64,000 nt of DNA from an uncultured Candidatus Saccharibacteria bacterium. Lineage in GTDB: Bacteria > Patescibacteriota > Saccharimonadia > Saccharimonadales > UBA4665. Below, piece by piece: positions 26,563 to 33,984 of the stretch (positions are counted from its first letter, which is position 1; the number at the start of each line of letters is the position of its first letter). The stretch covers positions 6,572 to 70,571 of the forward strand of contig CALBGR010000021.1 of NCBI GenBank assembly GCA_937892705.1. The letters run 5' to 3'. Made by a program: the position numbers and the translations under genes. The notes under the pieces were generated by a model, which worked only from the letters and a program-made list of their open reading frames with translations, was not told where the DNA came from and ran no database searches.

Positions 26563-28497
26563 ATGAAAAAACGCATTTCCCGTGCCATACAAGAAGGGCT
26601 CGCCTATATCGCTACCGAACAAGAATCTGACGGTAGCTTTAAAAGTTATTTAAGTCTTGACCCTGATATACCAAACAAAGAAAACGCTGTTCGAACTGTT
26701 TTTATCCCTGCCATAATGCTCGCTGCTTTAGCAACATGCAAAACCTCAGAGTCGTTAAACATTCGGCAAAAACTTGCAGATTTTTTACTTTCACAGAAAA
26801 GCCCGCAATGGACATTTAATTTCTGGGCACACGATGAACCGCTGAAAAAGACAAGAAATTATCCAGATGACCTAGACGACACTTTTTGTGTCTACATTGC
26901 ACTTTATGCCCACAACCCAAGTCTCGTCACCCCTGAAGTACTTGCACATATGACGAAAGTTCTTGTATCTACCGAGAAAACACCGGGCGGCCCTTATAGA
27001 ACATGGCTTGTCCCTGCTAACAGCGAAGCAATATGGACAGATGTTGATATTGCAGTAAACAGCAACATTGCATACTTTCTTACAAAAGTATCCCGACCGC
27101 CAGCCGGACTCCATGCATACCTTGAACAATCTATCATATCTGGGCAAATTTCTTCCCCGTATTATCCGCCTAACTACCCTATCCTGTACTACTTGGCTCG
27201 TGCTTATACAGGCAATGCTAGTGATCGATTATTACAACTGATACGAAGGCACCATAAAACACATAGACTCTCGCTTATGGAGCGTGCACTTATGTGTACT
27301 GCTGTGATGACTATAACAAAAAGAGCCCAAGAAATTCATAAAGATATCCAGATTATTTTAAAAGCTCAAAAACCAGACGGATCGTGGCCTGCCAGGAGCT
27401 TCTGCACAGATCAGTATACTGAAGCAGGCGTATATCAAAATGGTTGCGCTGCACTCACCACTGCCCTCGTGCTAGAAGCACTCGCAACTTACCAGAATCT
27501 CATCCATGCACCAAGAACCCCGAAAAATCATGTATCTACAACCAAAGACACACTTACAAATAATGTATCTGCATTTGTGCAAAAATCGTGCAGTAAACTT
27601 AATCAGCCGCTCAAAGACTCCACATTGCTTGCAACCTCACATATACTAACCAGTACTAATGCTCAAGAGGTTACGCATTTTGCCAGCAACTTTAATAGCA
27701 GTCTCAAAAACCCGCTGCGTAATCAGTCTACACTGTTAGTCAAACTTGGCGCCGCGAATGTATTTGGCTGGACCGCCTACACGATTTACGATGACTTTCT
27801 AGACAATGAGGGTAAAGCTCAGCTTTTACCTGCCGCAAATACATCCCTTAGGCTGGCATACGAATTATTCCTTGATGCTTTGCCTAATCAAACCTTCAAA
27901 AACTTTGTACGCGAATCATTTAACAAAATAGACAATGCAAACACATGGGAATTAACACATTGCCGCTTTGACACGTACAACAAGCGAACCGTTACTATCG
28001 AAAAGGTGCCCGATTACGGAAACCTAGAACCACTTGCACATCGATCTGTCGGACATGCTATTAGCCCTTTGGCTGTCTTAGTAAAATCCGGTACCCCACC
28101 AGAATCTGCAGATTTTCAAGCTATATTCACCGCTATACAACACTATATTATTGCCAGACAATTAAATGACGACCTGCACGATTGGCAAAAAGATTTTCTT
28201 CACGGTCATATATCATACATTGTTGCCACACTCCTAAAGGAGTTTGCCCTAACACCAGGCACCTATAGATTTCATGAATTATTACCTTCTATGCAAAAAC
28301 ATTTTTGGTATTACACATTAAAAACTATATACAACGACATATTGCAGCACATTGAACTAAGCCGAAAAGCCTTGCAAAAAAGTTCCGTTTTGAAACGAGA
28401 TAACGTGATAGAAAACTTGCTTTATAAAATAGAAGAATCCGCTTATGAAACACTAGACAAACAGTCACAAACTATAGAGTTCTTAAAACATTTTTAA
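26563..28497 (+). CDS. fusion protein: N-terminal squalene-hopene-cyclase/prenyltransferase-like alpha/alpha toroid (DxDD) plus C-terminal trans-isoprenyl-diphosphate-synthase-like domain (two DDxxD motifs)
   Basis: QW-like repeats QESDGSF and QKPDGSW. DDLDDT at aa 102-107 (nt 26866-26883). DDFLD at aa 410-414 (nt 27790-27804). QLNDDLHD at aa 533-540 (NDDLHD at nt 28165-28182). The start is 2 nt after the kinase stop. Confidence 0.65.
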   Translation: MKKRISRAIQEGLAYIATEQESDGSFKSYLSLDPDIPNKENAVRTVFIPAIMLAALATCKTSESLNIRQKLADFLLSQKSPQWTFNFWAHDEPLKKTRNYPDDLDDTFCVYIALYAHNPSLVTPEVLAHMTKVLVSTEKTPGGPYRTWLVPANSEAIWTDVDIAVNSNIAYFLTKVSRPPAGLHAYLEQSIISGQISSPYYPPNYPILYYLARAYTGNASDRLLQLIRRHHKTHRLSLMERALMCTAVMTITKRAQEIHKDIQIILKAQKPDGSWPARSFCTDQYTEAGVYQNGCAALTTALVLEALATYQNLIHAPRTPKNHVSTTKDTLTNNVSAFVQKSCSKLNQPLKDSTLLATSHILTSTNAQEVTHFASNFNSSLKNPLRNQSTLLVKLGAANVFGWTAYTIYDDFLDNEGKAQLLPAANTSLRLAYELFLDALPNQTFKNFVRESFNKIDNANTWELTHCRFDTYNKRTVTIEKVPDYGNLEPLAHRSVGHAISPLAVLVKSGTPPESADFQAIFTAIQHYIIARQLNDDLHDWQKDFLHGHISYIVATLLKEFALTPGTYRFHELLPSMQKHFWYYTLKTIYNDILQHIELSRKALQKSSVLKRDNVIENLLYKIEESAYETLDKQSQTIEFLKHF

Positions 28498-28593
28498 TTT
28501 GTGCCATTTTCTAGTCTTAAGCGCGGGTGAAAATTATTACAGAACCGCACCGAAAGCATTTCTATACTACTTACTATAATTGAGGGCAAGCCA

Positions 28594-28992
28594 ATGGCAG
28601 ATACCTATCAACCCCAACATACAGGATGGAAAGGTTGGATATTGCTTACAGCTCTTTTAATGTTCTTTAGCGGCATTGTGCATATTGTATACGGAATTGG
28701 CGGCATATTTACTCATGGCTGGTATATTTATACTTCAAACAACGCATATATCTTCGATGCGAGCACTTGGGGTTGGTCAATGTTCATAGTAGGAATACTG
28801 CTTATGTTGTCCGCATTGTCTCTCGCAGCAGGTAATTTATTCGGACGTATCGTAGGAGTTATATTGGCCATAGCCAGCATTGTATTCAATATCGCACTTA
28901 TCGGCGCCACACCAATTTGGTCAGTGATTGCCATTATCCTTAGTATTATTATCATTTATGCAATTACTGCCCACGGCAGCGAAATGAAATAA
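28594..28992 (+). CDS. small 4-TM membrane protein (DUF7144-like)
   Basis: 132 aa, four hydrophobic helices, GWKGWILLTALLMFFSG ... PIWSVIAIILSIIIIYAI. Confidence 0.65.
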   Translation: MADTYQPQHTGWKGWILLTALLMFFSGIVHIVYGIGGIFTHGWYIYTSNNAYIFDASTWGWSMFIVGILLMLSALSLAAGNLFGRIVGVILAIASIVFNIALIGATPIWSVIAIILSIIIIYAITAHGSEMK

Positions 28993-29290
28993 TATCGGCG
29001 CTATCACTCCAAACCATAAACAACGGAATGTTAAACCGCCACAAACTTTACCAAACACCCTCTTTCTGGGAAAAACAGACGCATTAAATCCTGTAAATGT
29101 GGCAAAGTTGCCATACTCTGAAGAAATCGTAAGACGTTTACGTAATAACCTCAAAGAACAAACGGGTATCTACTTTCAGATCGATGATGTTACAGAGTAA
29201 CTAAAAATATCATTGTAAAAAAGTAGAGTTTCCAAAGCCTCACCTTCGACAAAAAACCTAAAAGAAAAAAGACGCCTGTAGTAGATAGTG

Positions 29291-29513
29291 TTTCTGGGAA
29301 AGAGGTCCCCATGGGGTAACAAAAACCTTCTCCTGCTTGAGAAGACTTAAAGTACTTTAACTGGCCGGAGTGAAAAGCAGCGCCCCACGGGCTTTTCCGT
29401 TCAGCCTTGCTCGAGGTAAGCTTCTGTGCGCGACTTCACCTCACCGAACCTTCATCATCTACAATGTTTTTCTGACAGAAAATAGTCGAAGAACCGAACT
29501 CTTAACCCAGAAA
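29291..29513 (+). ncRNA. candidate structured RNA of unknown class (strand tentative)
   Basis: Closing helix TTTCTGGG-a-AAGAG (29291-29304) pairs with CTCTT-aa-CCCAGAAA (29499-29513). At least five internal hairpins, for example CTTCTC/GAGAAG, GAAAAGC/GCTTTTC, GAGGT/ACCTC. An intrinsic terminator follows immediately on the plus strand. Confidence 0.35.
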
Positions 29514-29523
29514 AAGAAAAAAC

Positions 29524-29548
29524 GACCGTCGAAAGACGATCATTTTTT
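29524..29548. terminator. bidirectional intrinsic terminator
   Basis: GACCGTC-GAAA-GACGATC flanked by an A-run (5') and T6 (3'). Confidence 0.7.
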
Positions 29549-29550
29549 CT

Positions 29551-29558
29551 TGGTCGGG
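29551..29558. repeat. 8-nt copy of the tRNA-Pro 3' end (TGGTCGGG), candidate distal att core
   Basis: Identical to 35630-35637. On the minus strand it reads CCCGACCA followed directly by a terminator, as expected for an orphaned tRNA 3' end. Confidence 0.45.
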
Positions 29559-29703
29559 ATAAGCACAATACACTAGAACTCAAAAATTACCTCTTGCAGA
29601 ACTATGACAACTTCAATTTTGCCGTCGAACAAATACGAACAATTAAGAATATAGATGATGGCAAGCTACTCGTAGTCAAGTTATAATTGACTGAAAGGAG
29701 TTT

Positions 29704-29935
29704 TATGACAAACCTATCTGATGCAGCAGAAATTTTAAGACAATCTAAAAAGAATAAAGAGATCCAGGATAATAAGCCTATAAACTTCACGTCTACAGCT
29801 AAGACTAACGGTGTATCGGTGCATACGCTAAAAGCTGCTAGTGGTATTTCTGTACGTATGATGGATGACGATCCAAAGAAAATTAACATAGCCGAAATGT
29901 CCTCGAACCCTCAGCCAGAAAATAACCAGAAATAA
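29704..29935 (+). CDS. hypothetical small protein (island)
   Basis: ATG 29704 lies 4 nt after AAAGGAG. 77 aa, hydrophilic. Preferred over the antisense ORF 29602-29889. Confidence 0.5.
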
Positions 29936-29977
29936 TCCACCGCTACTGCACAACTTCTAAAAATACAGATGGTAACC

Positions 29978-30823
29978 CTACCGTTCGCTCATGATTCTAT
30001 TAATGATTTGGAATATTTTATCAAGGAATAGTACTTGCTTGAGTGATAATTGCTCTGATACGTAGCTGGAGTTCTCACCATGCAGAATTCTGTGCCGACT
30101 GGCTTGATTACTTAATTTAAACAGTTGGAGATTTTCTCTTTTCTGGATGCCCCTCAAGCTGTCGTTGGCAAAAAGTATATTTTTGAAGGAATAATAAATC
30201 GGATAGATATCAAAGTAATCATCTGCTGGTACATTATTATAGTCATCTAGGCCAAAGTGTCGGGCAAAGTTTACTTGCTGCTCACTTATAATTGTGTCGA
30301 GATTTTTAGACTTCATATTATCAATTGCCTGTTCTTTTGAAGCAGGAAACAGACTTTTAGCATAGTGGTCGATCTGTGCCATTGCTACAGGAATGCTCAA
30401 GCTGTATTTTCTTTCTATGTGTGCGTCCAGTAAGTCAACCAGTATCCTCCTTCTAGATTTAGGTATAAACCCATACTCAGCCCATCTTTCGCGCATTTCA
30501 TGAAGTTTCTGACTGCCATTTTTTCTCGACTGTCTAACAACTAGCTTGGTAAATGCCTTGTTGTACTCTTCGCTGCCTAAGGCTGCCTCAGTCTCATTGG
30601 CTGGCAAGTCATCAATAATAGAACCTGGATACCACCAGCCAGTTTTAATATTTATCTCATATTCGTCTACTCGTCTGTTAATTTGCCTGAAAAAATCCGT
30701 ATCAAACAGTTTTGACATATCCTTATTGATAGTTGATATAACATCTGTGATTGACTTTTGATAATCTCCCTGTATTGCTCTAATCGCACGCTGGATCGAA
30801 TCATATATACTGTCATTATTCAT
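29978..30823 (-). CDS. hypothetical protein with C-terminal Rx4H motif (HEPN/Abi_C-like candidate)
   Basis: 281 aa. NQASRHRILHGE near the C-terminus fits the HEPN Rx4-6H motif and the RNxxxHG-type Abi_C signature. Sits downstream of the XRE gene on the same strand. Confidence 0.4.
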   Translation of the reverse strand: MNNDSIYDSIQRAIRAIQGDYQKSITDVISTINKDMSKLFDTDFFRQINRRVDEYEINIKTGWWYPGSIIDDLPANETEAALGSEEYNKAFTKLVVRQSRKNGSQKLHEMRERWAEYGFIPKSRRRILVDLLDAHIERKYSLSIPVAMAQIDHYAKSLFPASKEQAIDNMKSKNLDTIISEQQVNFARHFGLDDYNNVPADDYFDIYPIYYSFKNILFANDSLRGIQKRENLQLFKLSNQASRHRILHGENSSYVSEQLSLKQVLFLDKIFQIINRIMSER

Positions 30824-30875
30824 AAATACATCTTACAGTTATCGACTACAAAACCTCAAAACCCTCACAAGTAAG

Positions 30876-31091
30876 TTAGAAGTCAGTTAAATCAGAAACT
30901 CTTACCTTTAGAGCTTTAGCAATCTTTTCAATACTTCTTAGCGATGGATTTTGTACACCACGCTCCACTCTGGAGATGTACCCACGATCAAGACCTGTCT
31001 CATGACCTAGCTTCTCTTGCGTAATACCTGCTTGTTGCCGATAGCACTTAACTCTTTGACCTAATTTTTGTAATACGCTTGTTCTTGCCAT
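30876..31091 (-). CDS. XRE-family HTH transcriptional regulator
   Basis: 71 aa, ITQEKLGHETGLDRGYISRVERGVQNPSLRSIEKIA. Confidence 0.88.
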   Translation of the reverse strand: MARTSVLQKLGQRVKCYRQQAGITQEKLGHETGLDRGYISRVERGVQNPSLRSIEKIAKALKVRVSDLTDF

Positions 31092-31216
31092 TGTAATTCA
31101 ACAATGACTAAAAGAGACTGATAAGACTACGCCTGATGAGTCTCTTTTATATTGATTTTACTCTGTAATTCTGGTAATAATTAAACAACGCTAAATAACT
31201 GAGAGGACAGACATAG

Positions 31217-32134
31217 ATGAAGGCTAAACTATCTGAAAATAAAAAATGGTACACGAAGAATCAGATAGTCATAGCCTTACTTGTCCTACTGTTCCCAGTG
31301 GGATTGTTTCTTATGTGGAAGCACTCCGATTGGACAAAGCGTACAAAAATTATAGTCAGCGTTATAGTTGCTATAGCCGCAATTTCAGGAGTCATTGCTT
31401 CATACAACTCGCCGCCATCAATAAGCGTTAATAATGCTCAATCGGACAGAATAAATACAGACGATAAGGAATATACTCTAACTGGAGAAGTATCCAGTCT
31501 GAGAGACGCAACACTAACGATTAATGAAGAATCTGTATCTCTGGACGGTATCAAGTTTTCGTATCATACGGAGCTAGAAGAAGGAGATAACACCTTTACA
31601 TTAGTTGCGACTAACAGCATCGGTGAGACTACAAAAGTCATAACAATCTATCGAACGACACAAGCCGAACTAGATGCACGAGCAGAAGCTGAGAGACTAG
31701 AGGCAGAAAAGAAGGCTGAGGAAAAGCGACGAAAGCAGGAGGAGGAAAAGAAAAAAGAGCAAGATAGCCAGTCTAATAACGACCAGCCTTCCGAAGCAGA
31801 TCAAAAACCATCGGTAGATCTAGCTAAGCAGACCGAAGAAAGCCTCAAGAAAGCATTAGAAATTTCTAGCTTCACTGAACTGCTTTTCCAGGACCCATCG
31901 TCTCTCATGGGATACATCGCTAGCTTTGAAAATGTAAACGACAGCACAGTACGTGTAGTTATCCAGACCGATATAGAGCGTAATGAGGCTCAACAGGTTG
32001 GTCGGGTTATATTTTCTACCGCTGCCTATGATAACGAGAACTTGAAGGCTCTTGATACGCTTGTCGTACGAGATATTTCTGGCATAGATAAAGCCAATAT
32101 CTACAGATGGGACATACCGGCTCTGAAGCGCTAG
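31217..32134 (+). CDS. membrane-anchored protein with Ig-like segment and charged coiled-coil linker (island)
   Basis: Two N-terminal TM helices, an EAERLEAEKKAEEKRRKQEEEKKKEQ low-complexity linker, and a globular C-terminus. Confidence 0.6.
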   Translation: MKAKLSENKKWYTKNQIVIALLVLLFPVGLFLMWKHSDWTKRTKIIVSVIVAIAAISGVIASYNSPPSISVNNAQSDRINTDDKEYTLTGEVSSLRDATLTINEESVSLDGIKFSYHTELEEGDNTFTLVATNSIGETTKVITIYRTTQAELDARAEAERLEAEKKAEEKRRKQEEEKKKEQDSQSNNDQPSEADQKPSVDLAKQTEESLKKALEISSFTELLFQDPSSLMGYIASFENVNDSTVRVVIQTDIERNEAQQVGRVIFSTAAYDNENLKALDTLVVRDISGIDKANIYRWDIPALKR

Positions 32135-32201
32135 CTGGAACCATAGAACGACCCCTGTTAAACACTCTTGACTGCCGTTGTATGACAGATACGATTAGGG
32201 T

Positions 32202-32831
32202 ATGGATAAACCTAGAAAAACCCAGACAAAAGCAACCAGAGTAAGAGGCTATGAACTTACCTGTGTAGACAATATGGCTTTCGATGAGCTGTCTAGCTCC
32301 CTGTTTAAAATGATGCGACAGAATCGTGAGAAGTCCGCCTGCTGGGCTGCCTACCTGTTGCATACATCAGGATATTATCGCTATGTCTGGAAACGGCTTC
32401 TGATATTTACATCTGAGGACATAGGCAACGCTAATCCTATGGCGATCACTGTCATTATGTCGCTTAAGCAAAGTTATGATTTCTGCATAGATAGCAAAAA
32501 TCGACAGTCTATAACAGCATATACGATATTGTTTCAAGCAGTTACCTACCTTTGCAGATCCATGAAAACCAGAGAAGCCGATTCGCTTGCTACATTGATT
32601 GATACTGAATACAACAACGGTAAACGCATTGAGATAGAAGATTGGACGAAAGATCCTCACACTGAGTATGGCAAGCAGAAATATGGCAAATGGGATGATG
32701 GCACTCCAGAAGAACGAAAAGAACGCTATCGTATGTGGGTAGAGGTTTGGTCTAAAGCAACTGATGAGCTAACACTACTTGACCGTTATATGCCAAAATT
32801 AAGACAGCTATGGGAGCTGGATGATGAATAA
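32202..32831 (+). CDS. stand-alone MgsA_C-like (RarA/WRNIP1 C-terminal domain) protein
   Basis: ACWAAYLLHTSGYYRYVWKRLLIFTSEDIGNANPMA ... AVTYLCRSMKTREA parallels the RarA C-terminal ALYWLARML ... ASEDIGLADP ... YLA..PKSN block. No AAA+ module. Confidence 0.55.
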   Translation: MDKPRKTQTKATRVRGYELTCVDNMAFDELSSSLFKMMRQNREKSACWAAYLLHTSGYYRYVWKRLLIFTSEDIGNANPMAITVIMSLKQSYDFCIDSKNRQSITAYTILFQAVTYLCRSMKTREADSLATLIDTEYNNGKRIEIEDWTKDPHTEYGKQKYGKWDDGTPEERKERYRMWVEVWSKATDELTLLDRYMPKLRQLWELDDE

Positions 32832-33762
32832 AGCAATATCTACTACTAGGATAAATAAAACGCAGTTATACAGTTTTGACGGACGTATCATACGCTCTTT
32901 GTTTTCTAACATCGATGTAGCACCTTCAACTCGAGATAATTACAAACGTAGAGCTACTCGCTTCTTACATTTCTGCAAGGGCAATGGTCTTGATTTAGAT
33001 ACGCTCCTAAAATATAAGCAGTCGTTGGCAGCAGACACTAGCATTGGTGTTCAGGCTAAGAATCAATACCTAACTGCTGCTAAAATTGCACTACGTCAGA
33101 TGTATAGACGAGGATATATACCAATTGACCTGTCATCAGATGTAAAATTATTCAAGCAAAATAAGAAGCATGTTGTATCAGGTCTTACTCAAGATGAAGT
33201 TAAGATAGTCAGTCAGTACCTGCGAGATAATCTGCCTAATGACCATGAACACATGCGACTTAGGGCATTAGTGGCTCTAATGTTATTTCAAGGACTAAGA
33301 CAGTGTGAGATTGTTCGGTTGAAGTTTGCGGACTTTGATATGGATAACGGTACATTACGCATACGTGGCAAAGGCAGAGATGACTATGAACTGGTTCATC
33401 TGCACCCCAACTGCAAGAAAGTGCTAACTTACTACATTTTTTCTGTTACTGATTGGTGGCTGGACTCATATTTATTCAGAAGTCGTGAGGGGCATCTAAA
33501 AGCACTGACTACCAGACAAGTTCACAGGATTATTAAAGAGAAACTATTCAAGCCTCTCGGCATCTCCAGGAGAGTGCATGGATTTAGACATCACTTTACT
33601 ACCGAGCTGATCAAAACATCGAATGGTAACCTACTGGAAGTTGCCAAGTTTACAAGACATAGAAGCTTGGAAATGCTACAGGTCTATAACGATGATATTG
33701 AGACTGAGAAATACTTGCCTACGTACTACTCCACATTCAAAGAAAAACTCGTCACTTCGTAA
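32821..33762 (+). CDS. tyrosine recombinase/integrase
   Basis: GLRQCEIVRL (Arg I), HGFRHHF (H-x-x-R), TRHRSLEMLQVY (catalytic Tyr region). Confidence 0.88.
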   Translation: MMNKAISTTRINKTQLYSFDGRIIRSLFSNIDVAPSTRDNYKRRATRFLHFCKGNGLDLDTLLKYKQSLAADTSIGVQAKNQYLTAAKIALRQMYRRGYIPIDLSSDVKLFKQNKKHVVSGLTQDEVKIVSQYLRDNLPNDHEHMRLRALVALMLFQGLRQCEIVRLKFADFDMDNGTLRIRGKGRDDYELVHLHPNCKKVLTYYIFSVTDWWLDSYLFRSREGHLKALTTRQVHRIIKEKLFKPLGISRRVHGFRHHFTTELIKTSNGNLLEVAKFTRHRSLEMLQVYNDDIETEKYLPTYYSTFKEKLVTS

Positions 33763-33845
33763 AGCATCCAGAAGTACCAAAATCTAAGGAATTGTTTGGA
33801 AAATTGTAGGGTTTTCCGCTAAATGGGGTATGTCGTTCTGTGCGG

Positions 33846-33929
33846 TTTCCGATAATTCTATGGACTTTCAGATAGGTCTGACACAACGCCATGAACGCTC
33901 CAATTTCCGATAATCCGACATATCGGAAA
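33846..33929. repeat. TTTCCGATAAT direct repeats plus inverted copy between the two recombinase genes
   Basis: TTTCCGATAAT at 33846-33856 and 33904-33914. TATCGGAAA at 33921-33929 forms a 9-bp inverted repeat with the second copy. Confidence 0.6.
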
Positions 33930-33984
33930 CTCCTGCTCTCCTGACACCTCAGATGGCTTATACTAATTACTGGAGAGCGGATTT

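Noticed and set aside
28988-29201. Open frame without a canonical start (... PPQTLPNTLFLGKTDALNPVNVAKLPYSEEIVRRLRNNLKEQTGIYFQIDDVTE*).
   Set aside because: It has protein-like composition, but the only start is a GTG giving 33 aa, with no SD and no recognisable homology. It may be a gene remnant or another indel-damaged ORF. The evidence is insufficient to call it.
29230-29560. Possible RNase P RNA (also tmRNA, SRP or 6S RNA) on the minus strand. The suggestive matches were short: GAGCAAGGC, GGTGAGGTGAA, ACAGAAGCTTA, TAGATGA.
   Set aside because: The conserved blocks are not in the order found in type A or type B RNase P RNA. No GAGGAAAGUCC-type P4 strand with a pairing partner could be found. 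No tRNA-like 3' end (tmRNA) and no GGAA/AGCA helix-8 motif (SRP) are present. It is kept only as an unclassified structured element.
29602-29889. 95-aa minus-strand ORF at the island edge.
   Set aside because: It has no SD and low-complexity hydrophobic composition. The plus-strand ORF from ATG 29704 has a perfect AAAGGAG SD.
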